64,000 bases of DNA from Camelus ferus (Eukaryota), in assembly GCF_009834535.1 (NCBI RefSeq), contig NC_045697.1, forward strand, positions 84,074,001 to 84,138,000, in the 5' to 3' direction. Made by a program: the position numbers and the translations under genes. Positions within the stretch are counted from its first letter, which is position 1, and each line of letters begins with the position of its first letter. A model generated the notes under the pieces. It had not been told where the DNA came from and did not search any database. It saw nothing but the letters and a program-made list of their open reading frames with translations. Of the stretch, positions 24,516 to 37,922 are shown piece after piece.

Positions 24516-26359
24516 TTCTAAGATGGAAGGGTCCACAGAAGTAGATGCACAGAATCCTCCCTGACATCAGCCTTCAGGGCCTTAAACTGAATATGGTTAT
24601 TTTTATTCTTCTGTAACAGAAGGTTAAAAAAGATCAAGAAGCCTATACTTTGGCACACCCAGAGCTAGCAGAGAGATGAGGTCAGCGGCGATGTTTCTGG
24701 CCAGCCCTGCTGCCTGCGTTCTGCTGGGAGGGGGCAGTGGCTGGCACAGCAATATCTGAGGCGTGCGCTGCTAATGCCACTTCAAAGGCAATGCACCCTC
24801 CTATTTTTATCCTGGGTCAGCAGCCTGCCTGTGCAGTTGCCTCTTGAACAAAAGGTTCTGCCAGGTCTCTGACACCTTTTAAGGCGTCATGGACTCTTCT
24901 CACAATAACAAGAATAATCTGTTGTGCTACGTGGCATTTGATTTTATAAACATAATATCCATAATCTTGAAACAGTAGCTAGCATTTTTACCATTTTACA
25001 ACCAAGGAAAGTAAGGCTAGGAGAGGATGAATCATATGAGTAACAACAGGCAAAGGCAGGACTCCCAGGTCAGTGTGAGGTCCAAACTCACATTCTTTCC
25101 AGTGTAACATGCTGGCTTCCATTGTCAGTCACAACTCTTAGGCTTTCTCACAAAGAGATTTCCTTCAAAGATAGAATAAAACTTTTTAAAAGAAGTTTAT
25201 TGTTTTAGGAACAAAAGTTTAGTCTGATAGTTAATGTAAGACAAAATAAGATAAATGGTCAATGGCAAAGCCACGATGAGAAGTTCTAGCTACAAGATGT
25301 TATCTCTTATTTTGATGTCTATGTATGTTTATTGCATTGATGGAACTATTTAAGCAATGGATCGTTACTTGGCTACTTTTTCAGTAATGGACTTATTAGT
25401 CTTGGTTCTCTGCACTATTCTTGGTGAGCAGAATAATACAGCTTATTTCTGTCTAAAGAAATTGACACTCCTCCATTTTTTAGATAAGAAGGCATTGTAA
25501 CAGAATTCTAAAAACTCCACTTGGTGGAAGAAGACTTAAGACTCACTTTAAAAAGGCAGGTTCCAGGGAATATGAGAGAGGGACTGTTTTATTAAGAGAC
25601 TAAAACAAAAATGACCTTAAAATTCTCCTTAAGCCCCAGACTACTTAATTGTATCTAAATCATCTCAAGGGAGGCATTTGTTCTATATGTAAAGATCTCT
25701 AGATAAAGTGATTCTACATCCCTATGAAGAAACTTCTTCCAATATTGACCAGCTTCTACTGTCAGAAAATTTGTAAACTGAAGACTTTTTAGAGCTAGAA
25801 GTGTCCCTAGAGATTAGTTAGTAGAAACTGCTATTTCCTAAACCTGCTTGCCGTCTCATAATAAATGGTAAATTAACTTTCAACTTTCTCTTCTCCAACT
25901 CTAACTCATCCCAATTTCCATTATCTTTTTCTTCTTGGGTCTTAATTTTTAAATCTTGCAAATACATTTTGGGCCCTCTTTAGGACTCATGCATAATTTT
26001 CTACAACTTTTCTCATTTGGGGAATCAAAGTAGTTTAAAATCCTCACACTTCCACTGACTTAAGTGTAAATCATTTACTTACATGTTACAAATCTTCTCT
26101 CTGTTTAGAAAAATTGATTTGTTTGTAAATGTTGATTAACCCTATCTGTTTTGCCAAATGTGTCTTGGCCTGCATGTTGGTGTGTACGTACTGGGGGTGA
26201 CAGGGATGGGTCTACCTATGTGGGTCTCTCACCACATGTAACTGACACGTGAGAAGGGCTACATCTTAGGACATGACCAAAAAGTTTGGTGAAGATAACC
26301 AAATTTCCTAATTAAAGGGATGTCTTAGTGAAAAAAACAATAACCTTTTCTTTAGATGG

Positions 26360-27085
26360 AGGTAAATTCTAGTGGGGAGAATCAGACAAACAAAATAATT
26401 AAATAAAATACTTATTATGTTACATAGGTATAAACCTAAGGGGAGGATAGGGGGATAAAAAATTTTAGAGAGAGAGAGAGAGATTGAGCATAACCAAACA
26501 GTGATCCTATGATATTTGAGTAAGGCCTGAAGGAAATGAAGTAGGCTCATGCTGTTATCTGGAGTACTGTGTTTCAGGCAGAGGATCAGCAAGCATAAAA
26601 GTCCTGAGGTGAGGGTATAACTGATCTGTTCAAAGAACAGCAAAGAGGCCAGTGTGGTTGGAGCAAAGTGAGAGGGAGAGACCAGCAGAGGTGAAATCAG
26701 AGACATACAGAGTGGTGAAAACAGCAGATTTTGTAGGGCCTTGTGTGTCATTTCCTGTTTTGAAATGAGAAGTCATGACAAGAGTTTTAAACAGAGGACT
26801 ACATGACATAATCTGACTTAGGTTTTAGTAGGATAATCTTGGCTGCCATATTGAGAATAGAGTAAAGGAGGAAGGATGAACTAGGGAAACTATGAGACTA
26901 TAGCAATAATCCAGGAAAGAGAGTATTATGGGTTAGCCCTGGATGGTACCAGTGGAGGTTGTAAGGAGTGGTCAGACGCTGGATGTATTTTAAAGTTAGT
27001 GCTGACATTTCAGGTGTGGGGTGTAAGAGATGGGGGAGAGTCAACAATCACTCCAAAGATTCTGACCTGAGCAAATGGAAAAGTG
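26360..27085 (-). mobile_element. LINE-2 fragment
   Basis: Purine-rich L2 hallmarks 'ttcaggcagaggatcagcaagcataaaagtcctgagg', 'aagaacagcaaagaggccagtgtggttggagc' and 'gacctgagcaaatggaa'. Confidence 0.8.
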
Positions 27086-27944
27086 GAGAATGTCTGGTGC
27101 TTTCTTCTATCCATGTGCCCCTTCATGGGCCTCTGCTTTGTAGAAATTCTAATCAGTGATTTAAAAGGCAAAAGAAATGCTATTTATTCCTGTTGGCTTT
27201 TATTAGAATCCACTTATGGTAGAGTGTATGTCTGTGATGAATATTTACTGATCACGTGTGGTTAGAGAAGATGCGAGTCGAAGGAGCTGAAATAACGTGT
27301 CAGCTGGAGACTCTACTGTGCATGTGTAAGCAGGATTTCAACCAAGAGAATTTTTTAGCTTTTAAGGTTTATGGTATTAAACAGTTTAAACTTCAAAATA
27401 TAAATCACTTTAAACTTCCTTGGCTTCTAGGGCTATTTGCATTGCTTTAGAATTCACTTCTTTGTTCTAGGTAAGCCTCAGATGACCATTCCTTTTTTAA
27501 AATGTCAAGTGTTTCCTGCCAGTTAAATTGGTTACCAGTTTAACAAGGAAGCTAACTAAGCAGCTTCATTAACAAGCTATGTGGCTAAGTCAACATCTAA
27601 TTGACATGAAAGATGTTTTATGGTAAGTGGAGAAAGCCCCCAGCTCCTCTGGGCTTTTCAGCTGACTTGAATACAGAGTGCCCTGTGTCTCATCTTCATA
27701 GAGAGGAGTGCATCTATGTGGGATGTATTCCCTATGCACTGGCGCCTACTTGTTCCTGTGACAAATGGCAAAGTGCCAGTATTGATTAATCCAAATGTTA
27801 TCAAAATTTCAGTGACCTTTTCCAAAATTTCTAACATCTCCTATTTAGTTTGCTTGGATTCAAATCTTTTTTGAACAGATGTTCTTCCAAAATAATTTCA
27901 ATGCAAGTGTAGTGCAATATGTATTCAATTAAGATCCTTGATAC

Positions 27945-28170
27945 AAGACTCCCTGGGTTCAACTCCCCCTGCTCCAGCACTTACTAGCTTTCTACCCTTG
28001 AGGAAATTACTTACCCTGTTTAAGTCTCACTGTTCTCATCTGGAAAATAGAGACCCATAAAGGTGCCTACTTCATGGGGTTGTTATGAGGACTGTATGAA
28101 ATACTCCATGTAAAGCAATCAGCACCCACCACGTGGCACTTAGTATGTGATATACTAGTGTTAGCTATTT
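27945..28170 (+). mobile_element. MIR SINE
   Basis: 'ctgggttcaactc...gctccagcacttactagct...ctcatctggaaaatag'. Confidence 0.8.
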
Positions 28171-28921
28171 TTGAAGGCAGAGGTAGGAAAATGCCTCCTT
28201 TGTATTTATCCTTTCAGAGGGAATATGTAACATCAGATGATTCATGAGTTCTGTGAGAATATTTGCCGCCTAATATTGCATGCATTATATTGGACCAGCT
28301 AAAGACTGACATGTATTCTCATGGGTGCAACATTTAAATGATACACCGCTCTAAATACACACAGACTGTTGGCACATGCAATATTAACTGTGCCACCTGC
28401 CAGAAGACATAACCCCTCAGTCAGTTTGAATGACATCTTTTTGAGTTTGCTTTTGGTGTTTGTGTTTACATACGTACCATCTACTTAAGGAGATCAAAAT
28501 ATTATATCTATATTAGCTTTACCTAACAAACTAGGGGAAGAAGGATACAGAAAACTTGAGAGAATGAACATCACAGATGTTCTTTCTCTTTAGTTTGAAA
28601 AGTGAAGGATAGCAACAGGAAGGTGAAGGTGTTTCAGGAGGGTGGAAGCAACTGGGAATGTGGGAAGGAAAGGCTGAATATGAATGTAAGGAGATGTATT
28701 CTGTGTTATCAGGATCAGTGGGGTAAAGTTATGGGAGGCAAAGTTTGGTTCACTGGAAAGAAGGAGTTCTCAACAATTAGAGCTTAAGGACTGAGATGCC
28801 CTGTCAATGAGTGAACCCCCTTCTCTAGAGCAAAGAAGGCCTGGGTGAGGTAGAAGGTTCAACTCTTAAGACTATTTGAATTATTAGAGAAATTTCTCAA
28901 AATTAATTAGTAGAAAAAAAG

Positions 28922-28970
28922 GTTCATTCTATTTTTAGCCTACAAAAATGTTCATTCTATTTTTAGTCTA
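28922..28970. repeat. 21-bp direct repeat, each copy holding a MEF2 consensus site
   Basis: GTTCATTCTATTTTTAG(C/T)CTA at 28922 and 28950; CTATTTTTAG at 28929 and 28957. Confidence 0.8.
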
Positions 28971-30856
28971 TGTTTTTTTTTTAAAGAAAAATAAGAGAAC
29001 TCTATGCTCTAATAAAGCTGATAATGTTCTATAACAGGATAGTATAGTCAAAGTTCCCCCCTAAGGCCATCAAATATGAGATGCTGCACACTGAAGTGAA
29101 GTTCCAAATTAAAATACTGACTTTACAAAGAAAATAGTAGACATAAGTGTCCTTGGCATGTTCAAAGAATAGCAAACCACTTCCACAATTCTTAAACCCC
29201 TTAGTTAGGTCCATGTTATTAAAGGGGGTCAGAGTCTGGCAAGGGAAGAGGATTTTGTGAGGAGGAATTCTGCAGTGCTGAAACTCAGAGTGTGCGTTTG
29301 GAGTAGGTGGAGCAGAGGAGCCCTACCCACTCACCTCCAGCTTTGTGAGAAAAGTGGCTTCTTAGAGAACTTGATACCAGATGTCAGCAGGATGGATGGG
29401 AGGTCAGAGTGGACTGAAGTCTGACTCCCTCTTAGGATATCTGTCTGTAGAATGAGAGTTGGGCTGACAAACAGTTTTGGCACTGAATCAGGAAATTCAC
29501 AGCTCCGCTCCTAACATTCAAATGATGTGAATGTTCCCTGTAGACCAGAGCTGTAAACCAGGCCAGGAGCAAGGGAGAGCAAGGGGTCGTCTTAGGGCCT
29601 TTCCACGGGTGCAAACAGACTCTAGTTGCTAAAGGTGTATGAAGACAGCTTTCTAGGTGGTGCAGATTGACTTCCAAGTTAACCCCTGGAACAGAGATGA
29701 ATCGGCATGAATCGAGGACTACAGACAAGATGTCCCCAGTGATAGGAATCCTCAAATATTCTTCGAAAGTTTCCTTCTCTGGGCCTACCTGACTCTGAGA
29801 GTGAAAAGCCAGAATATGATGTTACCAAACCAAGTAAAAATTTCCTTCTGCCCCTTTTTTTTTTTTCAATCCTTGCACTCTAACTCCAGGGGGCCAGAAG
29901 TCAGGGTTAGCAAGCTAGGAGACAAAGAGGAAAGCATGAAGAAGCCAACCACAGTGCCTTCCCTGAAGGAAAGTGATCCTCCTGGAAAGGGCCCCGGTTG
30001 GGGAAGGAGAGATTTAACTCTAAGTGGAGACTGGAGTTTGTTATTCCAAAGGCTTGGATATTCTATGTTGAAATAAAGTGGTTTCAGTAACTTAAGGTGA
30101 CATAGGACTATTTCTAAAAGGAAGCAGAATGTCACAGGACTGTTAAGTTTTTGGCAGCAGTGAAAAACATTCTTTCATTAAAAACATTTAAAGGGTAATA
30201 GGAGACAAAAATAAAGAAGCATTCTGATGACACATCATACATAATACACAAAAAATAACCAATTCAACATGTTTAGCCAGCCAAGCAGAGAACAGCATGA
30301 GCCTCGGGCCAGAAATGGACAGAAGGAAATGGCATCAAAGAACAAGATGCTGAGAATTGCTTTGAGGAAATACATTAGAATTAGGGGTTTTGGTGCAGGC
30401 AGAGAATAGGCGCCCGCAATATTTTTGGCACAAACAGAAAGAACAACGTACCTAAAGAACTATTTATTTATACCACATTTGCATCTCTAACCTAAGACAA
30501 TTTGTAATTTTATTCTATTGTTAGCACTTAAAGGAGTCTGAAGGCACGTTTGGCAGTCTGAGCAGTACGTGAAAGAGTTAACAGTCGTTTCGTTCACTGA
30601 GGTCATTGCACATTCTTCCTTCATACTCTACACTACTACTATATATGGCATATGTGTATTCTACGGGAGTTTTTTTTTTTTAACTTCAGTGCTATTCTAA
30701 ATTTCTCCTCAGAAAACTTTGACTTACTCTTTCAAGAGTATACTTCAAAGTTTTACTCTTCCCCGCAACATTCAACTGATTAATGTTTATACCTTAGCTG
30801 AAAAAACAATCCCTGATGTCTTTGTTATTACAATATCATTCAATAATGTTTTGAAC

Positions 30857-30945
30857 TTTTTTTTTTAATGGAGGTACTGGGTATTGAACCCAGGACTTTG
30901 TGCTTGCTAAGCATGTGCTCTACCACTGAGCTATACCCATCCACC
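30857..30945 (-). mobile_element. tRNA-Ala(AGC)-derived short SINE (camelid-type)
   Basis: Reverse complement GGGTATAGCTCAGTGGTAGAGCACATGCTTAGCAAGCACAAAGTCCTGGGTTCAATACCCAGTACCTCCA followed by an A tail. Pol III A and B boxes present. Confidence 0.85.
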
Positions 30946-31890
30946 TCTTGATACTTTCAAAGTTGATTCATTTTCCTAAGTGTGCCTTTACTATTTTTTG
31001 CCAGGAGTTTGTCTAAGAGTCTTATGCAGTTGGGAATGTGTAAGGAAATAATGTAGATAACCAGATTTCAAGATTCCTGGAGATACACAAGGGGTAAAAG
31101 AAGAGAATACAGGAGATTTCAATAAATTATATTTCTGCATATTAAACAAACTAAACATTTAGCATACACAAAGGAATGTTGCAGGGACACACACTCTCAA
31201 TGAAATACACACAAAAGGAAGGAAAGGACAAATGAAACAAGCAGCTGGAGTGTTTCCTTTAGAGACAAGGGGAGTATACCACACTCAGAAAAGATCCATA
31301 TGATCTTCATCAGTACATACATAGAACTAAGACAGAAAAGGCCATCTATGTCATCAGACTGGCAACATTAAATACATCTAAGTAGCTTTTGTTTGTTTTT
31401 CTCTATATTCTGTGGATCAAAATAAGATAACAGATTAAAAGTCACCTGAGAAAAGTACAAAGCCCAGCAGCTTATGGTCTGTTTCTGGAGTTACCAATAT
31501 GTTATATTTCTTTTGTACCAGGAAAATAGGACTAGAATGAGGGTGGGCTGTGAATGTAGCCATGAATACCTGGACGGCAGACAGAAGTAAGGGTGGCTCT
31601 CAGTGATGACAGGGCCCTTGCCATGGTGGTTATACCTAAGAAAGATGGTAGCAATTGGAGCTATGGGTTCAGAAAAGGAGAGCAAGGAGGAAGTTCCAAG
31701 TGAGGGCCAAGTCCCAGACCAGAGTTGATAATATACTAGGCAAAGGCAGCCTATCTTGGTTTTAGGACTAAGCATTGTGGAGATTTGATTTTTACAGTGC
31801 TTGGCAATGGTGTGGAAAATACTTTGGAATAACAGTCAGTCAGAATAAACCAAAATGAATGAGATATTTTAACATTTTCATTATTTCCAG

Positions 31891-32433
31891 GAGATTGAAC
31901 GCTCTCTTTCTCTTCCCGGAAGACCAGTACCGCCCATCATCTCTACAGCATCTCCTTGGGTATTTCAGCCTGCTTATAGCTACTCTAGCAAACCAACTGA
32001 TGGGCTAGAGAAAGCAAACAAGAGACTAACTCCTTGGGAAGCAGCAGCCAAGTCTCCTCTTGGTCTAGTGGATGATGCCTTTACACCCAGAAACATCCAG
32101 GAATCCATTGTGGCAAATGTGGTCTCCGCAGCTCAGAGGAAGGTGCTTCCAGGGCCGCCAAAAGAGTGGAATGAAAGACTGGCCTATGTTCCCCAAACCC
32201 AGAAGGCCAATATGGGCTCATTTGGAAGGCAAGAGTATAATGTTGCATCCCTACCCAGTAACAATATGCCCACCAACTCCCAATATGGTTCACAGGTGCC
32301 ATATGAGTATTACAGGCAGCCTTCCAGAAATGATTCTGAAATAATGTCCATGGAGACTAGGTCTGATTACTGTCTTTCAGTAGCCAATTGCAACTATAAC
32401 CCACACCCAAGGGGATGGAGACACCAAACATAA
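31891..32433 (+). CDS. SYNPO2: SYNPO2 distal last coding exon (long-isoform C-terminus, 180 aa)
   Basis: ttatttccag|GAG acceptor, phase 0. Encodes EIERSLSLPGRPVPP...KRLTPWEAAAKSPLGLVDDAF...YNPHPRGWRHQT*; includes ORF 32068..32433. Confidence 0.95.
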   Translation, partial: EIERSLSLPGRPVPPIISTASPWVFQPAYSYSSKPTDGLEKANKRLTPWEAAAKSPLGLVDDAFTPRNIQESIVANVVSAAQRKVLPGPPKEWNERLAYVPQTQKANMGSFGRQEYNVASLPSNNMPTNSQYGSQVPYEYYRQPSRNDSEIMSMETRSDYCLSVANCNYNPHPRGWRHQT

Positions 32434-32564
32434 AAGTTAAAAGAACTGATTGTGCCACTTACAATAATTTAAAAAAAAGTTTCTTTCCAGTATTTTTGAC
32501 TTTTCCAAAAGATTTAAATTCACTTTTGATCTTGGCTTGTTCTCATAGATCATTTATCCAAGTT

Positions 32565-32604
32565 TGTGTGTGTGTGAGTGTATGTGTGTGTATGTGTGTG
32601 TATG
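32565..32604. repeat. Imperfect (TG)n microsatellite in the 3'UTR
   Basis: tgtgtgtgtgtgagtgtatgtgtgtgtatgtgtgtgtatg. Confidence 0.85.
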
Positions 32605-35600
32605 CACATGTGAGAGTGAATCACTTCCTTTTCTGCTGATGCATAGAGAATTTGAAGAAAAATTCATTTTATGCATTGATGGCACTTATATGTAATTCAT
32701 AGTCTTAATTCCCTTTACTTCATTAATATGAGATAGTCTAGGCAACTAAACTCTCTCAATTGAAACTACGTATTTTCTTGTATATGCCTCAGTCTAGGAT
32801 AGAATTAATGAAATAGGATATGCTAATTTTCATCAGCAGTAACAGCAAGGAATATAAGATGGGAGAAGTTTCCAATGGGAGTATACCAGTAAATAATAAT
32901 TCCTTTAAAAAGGATTTTCATGCTGTTATTTTAAGCATTTCTCTGAAATACTTTTAAAAATCTGTAAAATTCAGATTTGTTTTTAGAATTGATATATAGA
33001 CTTCTCAGAAAGAAATAAATATTTGAGAGTAAGACAGTTATACATTTCAGAAGGTAAATGGTGTAATGTGTAGGGAACAGAAAGGTTTAGGTATAGGATT
33101 TATTTTTAATCTATTCAAAGTCAGCAGCCTGAGACAGGAATAGACTCTGGGTTCAGGTGTCCTCATTTGTCAGATGAGAAGATCAGATTATTTAATCTCT
33201 TATATCATGAACAGCTCTGATATTCTGAGATTCTCTCATTAGTAGAATGACTTTTGATGCATTATTCATTTTTGTTGCTCATCACAGAAATATGAGATTA
33301 AGGTTAGGGGTGGATTAGGTCATTGGTGTCACTTCATGTATCATTAAAGGTCCAAGAAGAATTGTTGGGCAGTAGGTTTTGTGATATGTGTTACGTGGAG
33401 TGAGGGTTGATGTGAAGAAAAAAGCTATTAGTGGATTTAAGGAAGTGGTAGATGGATGTGTCTGTTATTATGCAACTGTAGGTCATGACCATTTACTTAG
33501 TTATAGAAAGCATGCTGCAGAAGCCTATGCAACAAGTGGTGCTTCTTTAGAAAGCCATCATTAGGATGTTCAAAAGAAGTTAAGCAGTTGCTTGGACAAT
33601 TCCACGACCCATCCCTTGTTAGCATGACCATAAGACAATTAGTCAAACACCTGCTCCTCACTGCCATACCCCCAAAGTACTAAATACAAGGAAGTTCAAA
33701 GTATTTTACATTATAAGTGAGTATTGAGAATATTTTAAAATAAAAACACCTTGAGTATTCACAACTTTCTTAGGTTTTAAAATATTTTGCTTTGTTTTAC
33801 TTTTTAACTCTTGAATTTATCACTATCATGGTCTCTTTCACAGATTAAAATTTTAAAAAATTGCCAAGATACAAGTAATCCCTTGGAAACAAGAAAATAA
33901 AAAGCTGAAGAAATCACAGTAAGTTGTATTAGTAATGGAATCACCCAGATACTAGCTTGTTTAGCTATTGAGAAAAGAAAAGATGAGTACTTTCTAAGGT
34001 TATATTGCTAAATTATCTTAAATTGATATAGCAATAATTCTCTCAAATTGTAAGATATAATAATTGATTCCTAAAGACTTTCTAAAAAAAATAATGCCTG
34101 GTATTTCATTATTCTCTTAGGAATTCTCAGAAATCCCCCACATAAAATACTTACTTGTTTCAAACTTTATTATAGTGGTCCAATCATTCTGGTGTCAATG
34201 TTTTAAGATATGGGGGGTTTAGCAGGAAGATTTGTGAGCCAGGATCATATCCTGTTATGTTGTTTTATTTTTATAAATGCTAGAAGTTACTTCCTTTTAT
34301 CCTTACATTTTAGATACTGCAATTCTAGAAATTGATATGCATTATATTGTTCATTAAAACTTTCACTAGACCAAAAATAGAGAGAAGCAGACATTTCAAA
34401 CTTAAAGATTATTATTATTAAACAGCCATCCCCCTCTTTGCATGCACTAGATCAAAATAATCATTGTATTAAGCTATCTGAATTTATTCTAGGCACCAAG
34501 AAAAAGACAATACATGGCAGGAAAGTTGTACATTTTTCATTCACAAGGAAATGAATGTCATATTTTTATTAGAAATCAATGATTCAAGAAGTCATATTTT
34601 GCAGATATAATTCTGAAAAGCAAAAGTGTCATTGTCAAATCATCACAAAATGTATGGGTAATTATCTCCAGTTTACTTGAAAAGGAGTAAAGTTAGATTG
34701 CTAACATTCAAGCTAATGTTTGAGCTAATTCTGCCACGCTGATACCGGATTCCTATTGAGAATACTTAGAGAACTACTGTTCTCACAAAAATATGATGTT
34801 TGTCTTGTATTCCAAATAATAGCCTTTTGAGAGAAGAGCTGTTGCTTTGTAAATGTATACCACGTGTTGTGAGGCATTTTTCTACTAGTAGCAATCACAT
34901 AGGTAGAAAGAGTTCTGTTCTACCATGGATTAAAAACACTCTCTAAAAGTACACTAATTTGGTAACTTTTTTCCATCTTGAGTTTAAATACTGTATCATT
35001 GCATGTGTGTGAAGTGTCCATTTTTAAGATGATTTAAATACTGTCTTATATTTTGAGTTTGATTATTGCACAATTCTAGTCAATTTATCTTTGAATATGT
35101 CTCTTTTACATTTTGGCCCCATCACTCACATTAGAAAGGGCCACACTTTTAGGGGTCAAGCACATATATATACTAATGAGTTGAAACTTTAGATGAAAAA
35201 TTACAGCAAATAGGCTCAGTTATTATAATTAGAGAGGAACCGAAGAAATGTTTGTTTTTAATAGAAAGTAGATTTTCACATTGATTTCTATTCAAAGTAG
35301 AAGTATCTATACTGTCCACATTTTTCTATTAAAATAGACTATGTTCTCCTGCTAACTAGTTTAACATTTCCACCTTTGTTTATCCCAAAAGACTGTATTT
35401 GAAAGATGCATACTGAAAATCAAAATTGTATTAGTAATAAAAATTAACTTGCAAATCAACTTAAAGAGCCTTTTCATGTTTTCCTTGTAAAAAAATTGTT
35501 TTGAATTAGTCTTCATTCCAAAGAGTTAATCTTATCAACTACATATTTTAAAATTTTAGTTTCTATGGTATCAGCTTCCAGACACATCAAAACAATTTCA

Positions 35601-35947
35601 TGCTGATTGATAGCATTTTAACTGTAACATTTAAAAACTGAAAAAACCACTTACCTCAAAATATGATCAATTTCACATGTAAGTTAAGAGGCTTTGGATC
35701 CATATCTTAATATCATAATAGTATTCCTTTCTAACTTAATATTATTTTAATGTTATTCTTTATTAATTTTTTCTTCCATAGTATATTGAAAATCAGTCCT
35801 AAGCACAAGCATAGCCAATGGTAATATAACTTGATAATGTGTTGGGTGAATTTCTAAAACCATTCTGGACTGAGAGAATCTACTATGCTTGTCATTCCAG
35901 TGCTTTCAGTTGCTTGTCCTCTTTAGACTGCCCCAACCTGGACCTCA

Positions 35948-35975
35948 ATTAAAATGAAGACTTCATTATAATAAA
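35948..35975 (+). terminator. SYNPO2: Probable poly(A) signals of the distal last exon
   Basis: ATTAAA 35948-35953 and AATAAA 35970-35975 at the end of a ~3.5 kb AT-rich, repeat-poor tract after the stop codon. Confidence 0.45.
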
Positions 35976-36245
35976 ACATGTTTAAGTAAAACTTTTAAAA
36001 AGCGCCTTTGGCTCTTCCTGCATACTATTAAAACCACCAGTTGGAATGTGAGCTCCCTGGTCAATGACATCATGCAGAACAGCTTTTTGACACTTCTTTT
36101 TTTTTTTTTTTTAATTATGAATAAAATGGCTGTTTTTGGCCTTCTGATAAAAAATATTTTTAAAGGGCCAGCACTTGAAACATTCTTCAAAAATGAGGAC
36201 CGTTTCAAAGATTAAAATGACAAGAGATAGTAGCACTGTATTGTC

Positions 36246-36719
36246 TGTCAACTTAAAGAAAAACACACAACATAGAGTTGTGAGTTTCAGTTTTATTCGG
36301 GGTCTTATTAAGGACTAGAGCCTGGGAGGCAGCCTCTCAGTAGCTCTGAGAAACTGCTTTGAAGAGGCAAGGGAGGAGCCAGTAAATATATGAAATTTTT
36401 GGCTAGAAAATATGGGTAGTCAAGCATGCATCTTGGTGAAATATTACTGCTAATCACATAGAACAGATAGCTCACATTAATGATTTCAGTGCTTTTCTGC
36501 AAGAAGCAGGGGTCACTGAAACTCTTCCTGAGATATGTATCTTAACTACCCTGGGGGTTTGTTTATCCAAAGCACAGAATGCCTCATCCCATTTTCTCCA
36601 TCCTGTATTCCCCACTCTGAGTGCACTCTCCTGTCGGTGGGCTGACTGCAGTGGATTTTGACTTAACCCTTTGTATAACTGGATGATGAGGGACATTCTT
36701 TGCTCTTTTTTTGTTCACA
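36246..36719 (-). mobile_element. ERV1-type solo LTR (474 bp)
   Basis: TG...CA termini (TGTCAAC...GTTCACA), perfect 4-bp TSD TGTC (36242-45 and 36720-23), minus-strand AATAAA near 36292. Confidence 0.85.
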
Positions 36720-37890
36720 TGTCTGAAAATGCTAATGCCATAGAAAAAGCCCCTTTTCTCTTAGGAACTCCTAGCATTCAGTAAACATAAATTTCAAAAC
36801 ATGCCAAGAGGTTGGTAGTGTTATCTCCACGTGGAGCCAGCAGGTGGCCTGAGGCAAGGAGAATCCAATTTCCTGGCTAGTAACCAGGAAGACAGCAACA
36901 AAGATGCTTAGGGACTAGTCAATGTTTCCCAAGTTTGCATAATACCAGAAGTATTTAGTGTAAAGTTCTTTTCCTCAGTGGTTTTGGAAAATAAGACCTG
37001 TGACTTCTCAAAGTTAATGGAGCAGTATTTTTCACAAAGGGACATTTCATTTACAGCCTTATAAACTGTGACAGTTTATATTTCTAGAAAGAGTTCGACA
37101 ATTTCCCCTATAAAAATCAAGTAACTTTATGAAGGGCACTTAAAGAGGAAATGCCACCAATTTATCTTGTTCTGGTATTTTTTTCCTCTCTAACGTTGTA
37201 GCAAATATTTGCTATACTGTATCTTCTTTCTCCTTGACTTTTCTGTTGCCCTTCTTCATAAACTGTCCTCTATTCCTACCTTGCTGAAAGAAGAAAAAGT
37301 TTTATCTCCTTGTCAGAATTTTGAGATTTATACTTCTTACTTGAGGCTCTGAAAAGGCTTTACAGAGCAGGACTGCCCCACCATTATGATTTGAATAAAT
37401 GTGAGGTTTGCCCTAAATTACCAAGTAAATTATAACATGGTATACAAAGGCACAATCTTACTTAAGCCCAAACTGACCTTGAAGAACCCTGTCTACATTA
37501 CTACGAACATTCAGAGGGAGAGATAGGATCCTGCTAAGCCTTTTGTCAGCATCACTTTTTCTAGGGGAAAAAATGATCCATTTAGACAACTGAGTTATAG
37601 ATGTATTCTGCTAGGTATAGTGCATGTGCTAAGTAAAGTGGGTCCTTAAATTAGGGAAGACACACTGTACTGCCCGTACTAGCACTTGGATGAAGCAACC
37701 ATTTTTTAAGCAGCATAGAAATCCATGACAGGAGTCCACAGCAGCTGTGCAGCACCCCAGGGCTGGTCCCTGACCTGTCAGGACTAGCCTCATTTCAAAA
37801 GGCAGTTTTTCCTGTTCTTCTGCATCTCATTCCTACCACAGCCTTCTGCCAGATCAGGACATAGGACAGAGAAGAATACTATGTTAGAGA

Positions 37891-37922
37891 TACATACATA
37901 CATACATACATACATACATACA
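37891..37922. repeat. (TACA)8 microsatellite
   Basis: Perfect tetranucleotide run. Confidence 0.95.

Noticed and set aside
26308..26751. 147-aa minus-strand ORF
   Set aside because: Lies within a decayed L2.
30870..30941. Functional tRNA-Ala gene
   Set aside because: Followed by an A tail rather than a Pol III T-run terminator, with stem mismatches; better explained as a SINE.
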